Origin: a bacterium
GTDB lineage: Bacteria > Zhuqueibacterota > Zhuqueibacteria > Residuimicrobiales > Krinioviventaceae
NCBI GenBank assembly: GCA_963693055.1
Contig: OY843751.1
Location: 608,001 to 672,000 of the forward strand
Direction of reading: 5' to 3'
DNA: 64,000 nucleotides
Position numbers and translations under genes: made by a program. Below are positions 18,668-28,085 of the stretch, in pieces (the first letter of the stretch is position 1; each line of letters begins with the position of its first letter). Below the pieces are notes generated by a model. That model had not been told where the DNA came from, did no database searches, and saw only the letters and a program-made list of their open reading frames with translations.

Positions 18668-18991
18668 TCAAGAGTTTAAAATTTGCATTTGTTCTTCTAT
18701 ACGTGATTTGATCACAATGTCTACACAATCCATAAAACGCAGAACGCAGGGTACTTTTAAGCTATAGAATACATTTTGGCCGCGTTTTTCATCCTGTACG
18801 ATGCCCGCGTTTTTCAATACGGAAAGGTGTTTGGAAATGGTTGAGAAATCCGCATCAATGGTTTTCACAAATTCGCAAACGCAGCATTCTTTTCCGGCCA
18901 GTTGCTCAACAATATAAAGACGGGTTGGGTGTGCCAAAGCTTTGAGAACATTTGCTTTTGCGATATAACCGGATTTATTTTGAACATCCAT
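18668..18991 (-). CDS. ArsR/SmtB-family transcriptional regulator
   Basis: LKALAHPTRL, ECCVCE and STISKHLSVLKNAG. Confidence 0.9.
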   Translation of the reverse strand: MDVQNKSGYIAKANVLKALAHPTRLYIVEQLAGKECCVCEFVKTIDADFSTISKHLSVLKNAGIVQDEKRGQNVFYSLKVPCVLRFMDCVDIVIKSRIEEQMQILNS

Positions 18992-19014
18992 TATTTATTA
19001 CCTCATTGATTGGA

Positions 19015-19036
19015 TATTTGGCAAATTAACCAAATA
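19015..19036. promoter_or_regulatory. Probable ArsR operator
   Basis: Inverted repeat TATTTGG-N8-CCAAATA just upstream of the ArsR start. Confidence 0.6.
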
Positions 19037-19090
19037 AAAGCTATTTGTCAATATGTAATTTCATTATGTGAGAGTGCATGGAAGCCGGAT

Positions 19091-19786
19091 TCAAGGCAGG
19101 GTTATATGAAAAATATGTACCAACGCATTGAACAGTCCGACCAGTATGAAAATAATCCCGGTGATTTGTCTGGCTTTATGTTCAAATGCGGTCAATTTGT
19201 TGAAAAGAATACCCATTTTGTGGATGCCCGTGGCAAGCACAATGGAAATGAGCAACACCGGCAAACCTGTTGCAATGCCATATACTGCGGGCAGAATAAT
19301 GGGGGATTGGTGCTGAACCGCCAGAGGGAGCAGACTGCCGAAAAACAAGGCGGCGGGTACGGCGCAAAACGACAGTGCAAAAAGGATTCCCAGTAGAAAC
19401 GCACCCAACAGGGATAATGACGACAGCTTTTTGCCGGTTTTTTCGCTGATAGTGAATCCCTGAAACGGCAGAGAGAGCAGATCCAGCAGCACCATGCCCA
19501 CCAGTATCAGAACCGGACCAATGAGGATGTTGATGTTTTTTTGCAACAATTGGGATATTAGCGGTGCGGAAAGCAGACTTTTGACCAGCATAAAACCCAG
19601 GATTGTATAGGCTGCGGTTCTGCCGGCAGTGTACAAGAGTCCGCCCCACAGGGTCTGTTTGGGCTCTGCAAGGTTTTTGCTGATAAAGGAAATGGCTGCT
19701 ATGGTGTTTGCCATAGGACAAGGACTGAGAGTGGTGAGAATACCCAGCCAGAAAGCAGTAACCGCAGCGAGTAAATATGCTGTCAT
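19091..19786 (-). CDS. ArsG-like / DsbD-CcdA-family membrane protein (copy 1)
   Basis: LGILTTLSPCP and FALSFCA motifs. Start re-assigned to ATG 19786 (ATGA overlap with the upstream stop). Confidence 0.8.
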   Translation of the reverse strand: MTAYLLAAVTAFWLGILTTLSPCPMANTIAAISFISKNLAEPKQTLWGGLLYTAGRTAAYTILGFMLVKSLLSAPLISQLLQKNINILIGPVLILVGMVLLDLLSLPFQGFTISEKTGKKLSSLSLLGAFLLGILFALSFCAVPAALFFGSLLPLAVQHQSPIILPAVYGIATGLPVLLISIVLATGIHKMGILFNKLTAFEHKARQITGIIFILVGLFNALVHIFHITLP

Positions 19787-20241
19787 GACTGTTCTCCATC
19801 TATGAATTGCTTGATTTGTTCGCTCATGAACGCTGTGAATGCTTGCGGGTCTTTGTACAGATACCATACATCATCCAGTACCTGCCAGGTTACGAGATTA
19901 CCGTCACTGTATTTAGCCAGCACAACCGGACGTGTAGAGAGGTTGAAATCGGTTACATAATGCGCGTTTGCGGAAACATCGAGATTGATCTTGAAAAACT
20001 GGATTGTGTCGCTGTCCAGTTCACTCTGAAAATGCGATTGCAGCGTCTCGCGGGTGAGGGATTCAATGCTGGTGCAGGCCTCACAGCGCGCGTATCCGTG
20101 AAAGAAAATGACCGCTATACCGTTGTGGTTTTCCGGTGTATCGGTACGGGCGGACGAGTCCGGCCCCTCCGGCATAAAGATGACAACCACCAGACAGGCA
20201 ATGACAAACAGCAGTAATATAATTTTGATAACGAGTTTCAT
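19783..20241 (-). CDS. ArsF-like exported thioredoxin-fold protein (copy 1)
   Basis: N-terminal TM anchor followed by FFHGYARCEAC (CxxC). Confidence 0.78.
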   Translation of the reverse strand: MKLVIKIILLLFVIACLVVVIFMPEGPDSSARTDTPENHNGIAVIFFHGYARCEACTSIESLTRETLQSHFQSELDSDTIQFFKINLDVSANAHYVTDFNLSTRPVVLAKYSDGNLVTWQVLDDVWYLYKDPQAFTAFMSEQIKQFIDGEQS

Positions 20242-20344
20242 GGATTCTGGTTCATTTATTTATTCGTATCTATTATAAAAAATCCATTGTGGGAATGCAA
20301 GGGAAAAGAAGGGGGGGATGGGTTTTGTCTCTTGGTAAGGGATT

Positions 20345-20545
20345 TTATTTGATCCCATATCCTTTTTTTACATCATGTATGGAAACTGTGGGTGCATCAG
20401 CTTCTTTTTGTTTGGCCTCTCTTAATAGACGCAGATCCTCATAGTCTTCCAATATTTCCTGTAACATTTTATATTCATTATATGGCAAAACAGCAAACTC
20501 TATTTTGCCGTCTTTTTTTAAAAAATTTGGATGCAATTCAATCAT
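20345..20545 (-). CDS. Type II antitoxin-like protein (orphan)
   Basis: DGKIEFAVLPYNEY...LEDYEDLRLLREAK pattern typical of Phd/YefM-like antitoxins that precede RelE toxins; no toxin ORF follows. Confidence 0.65.
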   Translation of the reverse strand: MIELHPNFLKKDGKIEFAVLPYNEYKMLQEILEDYEDLRLLREAKQKEADAPTVSIHDVKKGYGIK

Positions 20546-20624
20546 GATATTCTCTTATTTATATGCTTTCTTATTTTATCAAAATTAGTATTTATTTTAT
20601 ATGTGTGGATACAATTTTTTATTG

Positions 20625-22778
20625 TTAGTTTTTATTATCGCGATATGCATCAAGAAAAATTTGAACATTTTTTTTGATTTTTTTGTCTAATTTATCGTTT
20701 TTTTCTATTTCTTCAAGACGATTAAGGAATTTCTTAACATCAATCAAATTATCAAGTCTCTTCAGAGATACCTTATAAATTTTCTTTGCCACTCTGTCTC
20801 CTAATCCATCAAAACCCAGATTTTGTGACCATCTTTCACTTGTAAAAGCACGGGCTAGAATTGAAACAGATTCATTTGATTCTAATTGATTATTTGTCCA
20901 TTCTTTAATAGATGTTTCTTCATCTGGATAGAATTCTTTCCAGTATAATAGTATGTTTAGTAAATTGGGGTGGTTAATTAATTTGTCAGATTTTGTAATA
21001 GCTTTAATTTTATTTAATGTAATTGTTTTGAGCAGTGAAACATCTTTTTGGGATATTAAACATTTTTCCGGTTTTTCCTGCTGTTCCCCATTTTTAGGAT
21101 AATAATCATCAATTGATGAACTTGTAAAATCAACAAGCCATCCAACTTGAGCATTTTTGCTTGCTTTTAAAAAGATAGAACTTTTTTCCTCTAGTTCGTA
21201 TTGATCAAATGTTAATTTGCGAATAAGCCAATGTATTCTTAAATGATTATCACCCAATGATAATCCATCATTGTCTCTATCATCTTGTCTAAAAATATCA
21301 TCTGCTATCGAAAAAATAGTAGAAATTAAATTTGAGTGTTTTGATTTTTCGATTTTATGAGAATTAATATTAATTTCGTCTAAAAGAAGAGGTACTGTTG
21401 ATTTACCATTTTTACGAATTGTTTTTAATGCGTTTAAAAAGGTCTCCTTTACATAGTTTTGATCACCGGCATTCTCAATAAATTCATTAACCTTAGAAGA
21501 AGGGAGTATATCATCTCCAATACACATGCGAAAATAACTATCAAAATGTTTTTTAGAACAAACTAGGCGCTGTGCTTCCCATTTGTCAATAAAACTATCT
21601 GAATAACCAATATTTTCAAATCTTGGAAATAAACGCATTAAAGTATATTTTGCATGTTCACGATTTTTTTTGGGAACATGCTGTAAATATGATTCTATTA
21701 CTTGATGATGTTCCTCTAAGCGTTTGTATTCATATGTAAGACCACAAACTGTTTCTTTATTAATTCGAATTTTGTTGTATAGCTTGGGTTCAAATAATCT
21801 CATTGTTTCTAAAGCAACAAAATCACTAATATTCACTTCATTAGCAACAGGAGGCCAACTTACAGACAATGCATTTGATAAGCGAGTTAAATCACGTGGT
21901 GTATTGAGATAAGGAGAAATCGTATCATAAAAAATATTCATAAAACGTTTCAGTTGATCCGTGTCATTAATTGAACCACAGATAGATTCAATTTGATTTA
22001 AAATACTTTTATTCAACTCATCACGCGCTGGAATAGGTATTTCAAAACTCGCTTGAATAATTTTTTCTAGAAAATGTGGACCTTCTGATGGGTATTTCTC
22101 CTTAACAGCTTTTTCTGCAAGTTCTCGATCAAAAGCGAGTAGGTACATTACATTTGGTAATCTACCAACAGATTTTACAAGTTGGAAAATTAGTAAAGCT
22201 TCATTTGGTGTTAAACGGTCAATATCATCAATTATAATAAGAAATCGTTTGTTTTGTTCTTCTAAAGCTGTTGAAAGTCGTGAGAATATTTTTTCAATAT
22301 TTTCCCCCTCGGAGAAGAATTTTTGAGTAAAATCCATTGCGCCTGTTGTAAAAGTGCTCCAGAATCCACCTGTTGCTAAATTCATAGCTGGCCCAACAAC
22401 TGGCCCTGCCTGTAATAATATTTTTCCTAAGCGAGGAATTAGATCTTTAGTTTTTTCGCTTAGATTTTTTTGTAAAGAGGTATTTAGTTGTTGTAAAAAA
22501 GCAAGTGTTAATGCTTCTTCCCCTCTAAACCACCAACATTTAAAATCAATTATTTCAAATTTATTCTCATCTACTTTTTTTTGGAGGTGATATCGTATAA
22601 GATTTATTGCGCTTGTTTTTCCTAGGCCCCATTGCCCGTTAATCGCTATTGTTACTCCAATCGGTGATTTAATATTAATTAAACTTTGGCTCATTGCTTG
22701 AGCAAAACTATCAATGCCGAAATTATCATCTATAGGTTTTTTTATTGGAGCATCATTGAAAAAGAGTGAATTATTCAT
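20625..22778 (-). CDS. KAP-family P-loop NTPase
   Basis: N-terminal DAPI..DNFG, Walker A GQWGLGKTS, Walker B IIIDDIDRL, FLEKIIQ and TPRD; strongly AT-rich. Confidence 0.88.
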   Translation of the reverse strand: MNNSLFFNDAPIKKPIDDNFGIDSFAQAMSQSLINIKSPIGVTIAINGQWGLGKTSAINLIRYHLQKKVDENKFEIIDFKCWWFRGEEALTLAFLQQLNTSLQKNLSEKTKDLIPRLGKILLQAGPVVGPAMNLATGGFWSTFTTGAMDFTQKFFSEGENIEKIFSRLSTALEEQNKRFLIIIDDIDRLTPNEALLIFQLVKSVGRLPNVMYLLAFDRELAEKAVKEKYPSEGPHFLEKIIQASFEIPIPARDELNKSILNQIESICGSINDTDQLKRFMNIFYDTISPYLNTPRDLTRLSNALSVSWPPVANEVNISDFVALETMRLFEPKLYNKIRINKETVCGLTYEYKRLEEHHQVIESYLQHVPKKNREHAKYTLMRLFPRFENIGYSDSFIDKWEAQRLVCSKKHFDSYFRMCIGDDILPSSKVNEFIENAGDQNYVKETFLNALKTIRKNGKSTVPLLLDEININSHKIEKSKHSNLISTIFSIADDIFRQDDRDNDGLSLGDNHLRIHWLIRKLTFDQYELEEKSSIFLKASKNAQVGWLVDFTSSSIDDYYPKNGEQQEKPEKCLISQKDVSLLKTITLNKIKAITKSDKLINHPNLLNILLYWKEFYPDEETSIKEWTNNQLESNESVSILARAFTSERWSQNLGFDGLGDRVAKKIYKVSLKRLDNLIDVKKFLNRLEEIEKNDKLDKKIKKNVQIFLDAYRDNKN

Positions 22779-22966
22779 TTAAAGCACCCCATATTAGCTA
22801 TTTAACTGAAAATAATTAATACAATACAGTTAAAGTTAGTGTGTGTTTTTTTTGAATTTCGTAATATTGATGAAACACCCGCCCATCTTTGTTTAAATTT
22901 AATTAATATAATTCTCTAAAAATATACAAGAACTTTTTTGCTATGTTCTCTCAGAGTTTTACGGCT

Positions 22967-23007
22967 AATCCTATCATCCCTGAATCCTATAAATCATAAT
23001 TCAGACA
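22967..23007. repeat. Degenerate AATCCT-periodic REP-like arm
   Basis: AATCCTATC-ATCCCTG-AATCCTATA-AATCATAAT-TCAGACA. Confidence 0.45.
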
Positions 23008-23027
23008 GGGGGGATAGAAAAAAGGGC

Positions 23028-23510
23028 TTATGAATCCTGTTGGAAGCGTTGGTCGGCCTGGCCTTTTTGGATGCGTTTGGACTCGACCTGGTCGAGCCAG
23101 CCGTTGCGTGTGGTGGGGAAATTATCAAATTTTGAGACGTAGGGCTTTATGTCCAAAAGGGGAGTGCCGTCCAGTATATCCACGTCGGATACATGCAGCA
23201 CCAGTCCGTCAATACGGTCCAGTTTGACGCAGGAAATACCAATGGGATTCGGGCGGCTGGGCGCGCGGGTGGCAAATACACCGTGCGGTGCGTCATCCAT
23301 ATAAGGGACCACCTGCATCTGCACCGGTTTGGATTTGTGACACCAGAAGATGAGCCAGATACGCTCAAATCCATCAAGGTCCTGCAATGCATCGGCATAT
23401 TTTTCATCAATTTGCACAATACCGCTAACATTGCTGGAGGCTGGCTGAATGGGGGCTCCTTGCGAGCTTTTCAGGCTGGTCTTGATGATTCCGATTTGTT
23501 CTAATTGCAT
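23028..23510 (-). CDS. trmO: tRNA m6t6A37 methyltransferase (TsaA/TrmO)
   Basis: HGVFATRAPSRPNPIG and DILDGTPLLDIKPY. Confidence 0.9.
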   Translation of the reverse strand: MQLEQIGIIKTSLKSSQGAPIQPASSNVSGIVQIDEKYADALQDLDGFERIWLIFWCHKSKPVQMQVVPYMDDAPHGVFATRAPSRPNPIGISCVKLDRIDGLVLHVSDVDILDGTPLLDIKPYVSKFDNFPTTRNGWLDQVESKRIQKGQADQRFQQDS

Positions 23511-23522
23511 GAGGGTCCTTGT

Positions 23523-23552
23523 AAAAAAGCCCCGAACCGATTGTCCGGGGCT
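23523..23552 (-). terminator. Intrinsic terminator
   Basis: AGCCCCG/CGGGGCT stem with a U-run on the minus strand after the DUF1080 gene. Confidence 0.7.
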
Positions 23553-23567
23553 GTATGTTGAGATCTG

Positions 23568-24611
23568 TTATTTGACGATTGGGGTTAAAACAATATTGCG
23601 GTACGAGACTTTGCCGTGATCGCCCTGCAGGTAAATGGGACCGGGGACAAACTCGTTGGGAGTCATGGCGCCGCCGGTACATCCGTAAACCGGTGCGTTA
23701 TCGATAACCTTGGTTCCGTTCAAGAGAACTGTCAGGTGTCGGTCACACAGGGTAATGTCAAATGTCTGCCATTCGCCGGCTGGTTTCTCAGCAGCAACAG
23801 ATGGCGTAATGCGACTATAGAGCCCACCCATATTGTGAGAATCCAGGTCTTTGCCATAGCTGTCTACAACCTGTACTTCGTAAATACCACGCAGGTAAAT
23901 ACCACTGTTACTGTGCGCGGGGACATTAACCTCGAGTTTCAAATTAAAGTCTTCAAATTCTGCTTCTGTGCGCAGGTTTCCGTAACGGATATGGGGTTCG
24001 CCTTCTTTTTGAACCGGATCGTTTACCAGTGTTCCGTCTACTACTTTCCAGCCACTGGTCTTTTCTTCTTCCATGAGTTTCCAACCGGAAAGATCTTTGC
24101 CGTTAAACAGGGTAACCGGTTCACCGAATTTCAATGCGCTGAGCTTTGGAGCTTTTCCGGGAGCAGGATTTCGTTTACCGGTAAACTCGACTATATTGAC
24201 ACCAAATCCATTTCTGGAAGATTCGTACATGCGACCTATGATTTCATCATTACCATTCAGTTTTAGTTCAATACGGTCAATGAGTTTTTGGCGTACAGTA
24301 ACATTGCCGTCTTTGTCTTTTTGACGATCTGCATCTCTGGTTCGCCAAACAATACACATGTCGTCCATGATTACCGGTTTTTCATCGCGCTTTACCACGC
24401 TGCCGCCGTACCACAACAGATCGGCTACAGGGTATTCATTGCCATCCATGTCGGTTTCAATATGCAAATCTAACCAGCCGGCACCGCCCGGCAGATAAAG
24501 CGCCCATTGTCCAAAGAATTGATTAGTAGATTCCTGTTTGCATCCTGCGGATAAAGAGATGATCAGGGTTACCAGAACCGCAGAGATTGCAAAAGTCCAG
24601 ATTTTCTTCAT
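23568..24611 (-). CDS. DUF1080 lipoprotein (3-keto-glycoside hydrolase/lyase-like)
   Basis: Lipobox SAGC; LFNGKDLSGW, NSGIYLRG and GPIYLQGDHG. Confidence 0.85.
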   Translation of the reverse strand: MKKIWTFAISAVLVTLIISLSAGCKQESTNQFFGQWALYLPGGAGWLDLHIETDMDGNEYPVADLLWYGGSVVKRDEKPVIMDDMCIVWRTRDADRQKDKDGNVTVRQKLIDRIELKLNGNDEIIGRMYESSRNGFGVNIVEFTGKRNPAPGKAPKLSALKFGEPVTLFNGKDLSGWKLMEEEKTSGWKVVDGTLVNDPVQKEGEPHIRYGNLRTEAEFEDFNLKLEVNVPAHSNSGIYLRGIYEVQVVDSYGKDLDSHNMGGLYSRITPSVAAEKPAGEWQTFDITLCDRHLTVLLNGTKVIDNAPVYGCTGGAMTPNEFVPGPIYLQGDHGKVSYRNIVLTPIVK

Positions 24612-24650
24612 GTTTCACTCCGAATTAAGAATTTATGATTAATACAATTG

Positions 24651-26009
24651 TTACAAGCTCCAGCCTTCCCGATAGGCTTTGTGCAGATACGCATTTGCTT
24701 CGGGCAGGTTTGAGAATTGCTGGGTAATGGAATCCCATTTTAGAACCTGACGGTCCAGCTTTTCGCGCAGATCTAATTGCAGGGCAATGTTACCCATCAA
24801 GACGACCTCGGTTAGGGGGCCAGCCCAATCAAAATTGGATCCGGGTGTCTCTCCACCTTTTAAAGCATTCACCCATTCCAAATGATGACCGGGTGAACGG
24901 GGCAGGTATTTTTCCGGCGGTTCGTAAGCATTACGCAAAGATTCTGGCAAAATCAGATTGTTGAGGATTTTGCCTTTTTCGCCTACATACAGAATGCCGC
25001 CTGCACCCATTTGCAGACCTTCTTCTAATTCTTCAATCCTGTCGGGACGCATACCACCGTCGTACCATTTCAGGGTAACAGGGGGTAAATCTCCACGGGC
25101 TGGGAATTTGTAGGTGACAATAGAGCCCAGGGGATAGGTTTCCTTGTTAACGAGTGTGGATACGGCTTGAACGCTTTCCGGGTAACCCAGTTTAAGAGCA
25201 CGGAACGGGGCATCCAGACTGTGGCAGGCAATATCGCCTATTGCACCGGTACCAAAATCCCACCAGCCGCGCCACTGGTGCGGGTGATATGAAGGATGAT
25301 AGGGCCGCATGGGAGCGGGACCAATCCACAAGTCCCAATTGATACTATCGGGAACTGCCGGTGTATCAGTGGGGCGTTTAACGCCCTGGGGCCAGTATGT
25401 ATCGGATAATCCTTTGTTGGGACGGTCGGTCCAGACATGAAGTTCGGTGACTTTGCCGATAACGCCATCCCAGATAATTTCTTGAATACGTCGGGTTTCT
25501 TCGCTTGCCTGGCCATGGTTACCCATCTGGGTTGCAACTTTATATTGACGGGCCGCACGTGCCAGAGCCCGAGCTTCATACACAGTATGAGTGAGGGGCT
25601 TTTCCGTAAAAACACCTTTACCGCGTCTGATAACTTCCATTGAAGTTATTGCATGGTTGTGATCGGGAGTTGCAACAATAACTCCGTCAATTTCGGGGTG
25701 TTTGTCCAACATGACACGATAATCCTGATACACTTTGGCTTTGGGGTATCTTTCGGATTGTTCTTTAGTTCTTGCAAGGTCAACATCGCAAAGCCCAACA
25801 ATGTTGGCATGTTCTTCAACTTGTTTTAAATCATGGAACCCCTGGCCGCCAACACCTATACCTGCGATATTAGGTTTGTCGCTGGGGGATGGCTGGTCAG
25901 TTCCACCCAGTACATGACTGGGCACAATGGTAAATGCGGAAACAATAGCGCTTTTTGCTAAAAAGTCACGGCGGGTCAATCTGGTAGTGTCTGAATCCGG
26001 ATTGCTCAT
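24651..26009 (-). CDS. Tat-exported Gfo/Idh/MocA oxidoreductase
   Basis: LTRRDFL Tat motif; IGVGGQG, ATPDHNH, EKPL and WRGWWDFGTGAIGD. Confidence 0.9.
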   Translation of the reverse strand: MSNPDSDTTRLTRRDFLAKSAIVSAFTIVPSHVLGGTDQPSPSDKPNIAGIGVGGQGFHDLKQVEEHANIVGLCDVDLARTKEQSERYPKAKVYQDYRVMLDKHPEIDGVIVATPDHNHAITSMEVIRRGKGVFTEKPLTHTVYEARALARAARQYKVATQMGNHGQASEETRRIQEIIWDGVIGKVTELHVWTDRPNKGLSDTYWPQGVKRPTDTPAVPDSINWDLWIGPAPMRPYHPSYHPHQWRGWWDFGTGAIGDIACHSLDAPFRALKLGYPESVQAVSTLVNKETYPLGSIVTYKFPARGDLPPVTLKWYDGGMRPDRIEELEEGLQMGAGGILYVGEKGKILNNLILPESLRNAYEPPEKYLPRSPGHHLEWVNALKGGETPGSNFDWAGPLTEVVLMGNIALQLDLREKLDRQVLKWDSITQQFSNLPEANAYLHKAYREGWSL

Positions 26010-26226
26010 AACATCACTCCCTTGATTAATTTATAATAAATGTACATGTGGACAACAGATGCATGTATATAAAATACAGGTATAAAACATAAATATCCAC
26101 TATTTTATTTTAATTTTTTCAGGAATAACTGTGTCTTTTCAAGTCAATCCACAATAATCTAGTGAGCAGAGATGGAAGGCAATGTTTTATGATTTTAATT
26201 AGAGTTATTTTTAAGAATCTGGCTGT

Positions 26227-26263
26227 AAAAAACGCCCGGTATCTTAAAAATTCCCGGGCGTTT
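26227..26263 (-). terminator. Intrinsic terminator (CGCCCGG-stem family)
   Basis: AAAAAACGCCCGG...CCGGGCGTTT. Confidence 0.75.
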
Positions 26264-26287
26264 GGTTTATTGGAAAGGACAAATTGT

Positions 26288-27142
26288 TTAAGAAATAACC
26301 GCCAATAGTCCCTGCTTGAGGGGAGTTGTTGGGCCGCCTATTAGTTTGTTAAGATCACCGGTAACCTCTGCCAGTTCACCATCTGCAATATTGGTATCTA
26401 TTGTAGCAAAGACCTCTGCAGTTACATCATCCATGCCGATACTTTGTAAAATACCTTTCATTGTATCCTTGTCAACAGATTTGTACTCGACTGGTTTGCC
26501 AATGACTTCTCCGATTGTAGCCGCAAGTTCATTATAGTCCCAGGCTTTATCTCCACCCAGTTCATAGGTTTTGCCTTCGTGTCCGTCTGTCAAGAGTACG
26601 GATACGGCACCTTTGGCATAATCCGCACGTGAAGCACTTGCAACTCGACCCGGACCTGCGGCAGCCATTATGGCCCCGGTACTGCGTGCGGCATCAATCT
26701 GGCCTGCATAGTTTTCCGTATACCAGTTGTTGCGCAACAAGGTATAATCCAGACCTGATTTGAGAATATACGCTTCCGTTTCTTTATGCTCGGGAGCGAG
26801 TGCAAGTGTGGTTGTTGCAGCCCTGGGTGCACTGGTATAGGCGATATATTTTACACCTGCCGCTTTGGCGGAATCAATAACATTCTTGTGTTGTGTAAAT
26901 CGTTGCCCCATTTCACTTGAAGAAATGAGTAATACTTTATCAACTCCGGCTAATGCTTTTTCCAATGCATCGGTATCATTATAATCAGCCACCTTTATTT
27001 GCACGCCTTTGTCAGCAAGCGATTGTGCTTTGGCTTGATTTCTGACAATGGCAACAATATCATTGGCATTGTGCTTTTCAACCAATCCGTTTACAACGAG
27101 CTGCCCCAAATGACCGGTAGCCCCGGTAACAGCTATTTTCAT
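26288..27142 (-). CDS. NmrA/YtfG(QorB)-like atypical SDR, NAD(P)H:quinone oxidoreductase-like
   Basis: IAVTGATGHLG, LLISSS and LRNNWYTEN. Confidence 0.85.
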   Translation of the reverse strand: MKIAVTGATGHLGQLVVNGLVEKHNANDIVAIVRNQAKAQSLADKGVQIKVADYNDTDALEKALAGVDKVLLISSSEMGQRFTQHKNVIDSAKAAGVKYIAYTSAPRAATTTLALAPEHKETEAYILKSGLDYTLLRNNWYTENYAGQIDAARSTGAIMAAAGPGRVASASRADYAKGAVSVLLTDGHEGKTYELGGDKAWDYNELAATIGEVIGKPVEYKSVDKDTMKGILQSIGMDDVTAEVFATIDTNIADGELAEVTGDLNKLIGGPTTPLKQGLLAVIS

Positions 27143-27181
27143 GATGTTCTCCTAAATCGACATAAATAATAAATCTAATTA

Positions 27182-27211
27182 AAAACACACAAATATCTTT
27201 TTGTGTGTTTT
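27182..27211. promoter_or_regulatory. 12-bp perfect inverted repeat (operator or terminator)
   Basis: AAAACACACAAA-TATCTT-TTTGTGTGTTTT, 40 nt upstream of the SDR start. Confidence 0.45.
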
Positions 27212-27328
27212 AAAATTAACAGAGGCAATAGAACGTATATTCCAAACTGTTTTTATCGCAATGTATGGAATGCCCCGCTAAAAAGAGGGTACACGGCTAA
27301 ACAGGTAATGATGCGATTTGGGTCAAGT

Positions 27329-27715
27329 TTAAACGTGTTGATCGAACAAAATCGGGTTCCCATCCGGATCTACAATGCTAAAGCTGCCGGGCCCCTCACT
27401 GTTTGTGTCAACAGGAGATTCAATCTTGATGCCTTTGGATTTAAGTTCTTTTTGAATGTCCCGAATATCTGTAAATACGCTCAGGGTGTTGGCACTTTCA
27501 TTCCATCCCGGATTAAAGGTAAGGATATTTTTATCAAACATGCCCTGAAACAGGCCAATATTGCAGTTTTTATTTTTCATAATGAGCCAACCCTGGTCTT
27601 CATCCCCATGAAATACAATGAAACCCAGCGCTTGGTAAAATTTTCTCGAGACCTTTATATCTTTAACGGTCAGGCTGACTGAGAATCCACCCAGTTCCAT
27701 ATTGTCCTCCTTCAT
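27329..27715 (-). CDS. VOC/glyoxalase-family protein
   Basis: FSVSLTVKDI..SRKFY..LGF and DPDGNPILFDQH. The true start is likely the second Met (MELGG), which follows GGAGG. Confidence 0.85.
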   Translation of the reverse strand: MKEDNMELGGFSVSLTVKDIKVSRKFYQALGFIVFHGDEDQGWLIMKNKNCNIGLFQGMFDKNILTFNPGWNESANTLSVFTDIRDIQKELKSKGIKIESPVDTNSEGPGSFSIVDPDGNPILFDQHV

Positions 27716-27745
27716 TTGTAATATGTTTCATATATAAATTAATTA

Positions 27746-27775
27746 AACGGATATGAAGGAGCAGGTATTCCCGCG
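27746..27775 (-). promoter_or_regulatory. ECF-sigma-type promoter
   Basis: GGGAAT-N17-CGTT upstream of the VOC gene. Confidence 0.5.
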
Positions 27776-27818
27776 AGAAAAAGGGAGATATGATTTATTT
27801 ATCGAATAATATTAATTG

Positions 27819-28067
27819 TTAATCATTTGGCAGCGCTTCAAACGCTCTGCGTTTTGATTCAAACCATTTGTGCATTTCATCTGGATTTTGCTTCATTGTT
27901 TGCATGTTTTGCATGGCCTCAAGATGAGCCGGGTCCTGTTGCTGGAGCATTTCCATACCGTGCTGTTTGCTCAATTCTGCCATTTCTTCAAAGGTCTCTG
28001 CCTGAAATGTTTTGTCACATGCACCGCCCAGTTGTTTACATATCATGGTTTTCATTTTTACCTCCAT
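27819..28067 (-). CDS. DUF1059-like small metal-binding protein
   Basis: MKTMICKQLGGACD..F.AETFEEM....HG. Confidence 0.72.
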   Translation of the reverse strand: MEVKMKTMICKQLGGACDKTFQAETFEEMAELSKQHGMEMLQQQDPAHLEAMQNMQTMKQNPDEMHKWFESKRRAFEALPND

Positions 28068-28085
28068 AGATCAATTAAATATATT

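Noticed and set aside
20546-22840. Integron cassette (attC) interpretation for the KAP gene
   Set aside because: The stop lies in a CTAACAA context, but no matching GTTRRRY or long imperfect palindrome follows. The upstream TTTAACTG/CAGTTAAA repeat is too short, and there is no integrase in the window.
22872-22885. ATGGGCGGGTGTTT (MGGCF) on the minus strand matching OMP paralog 1
   Set aside because: Only 14 nt with no flanking similarity; treated as chance.
27203-27682. 159-aa plus-strand ORF
   Set aside because: Antisense to the clear VOC gene.
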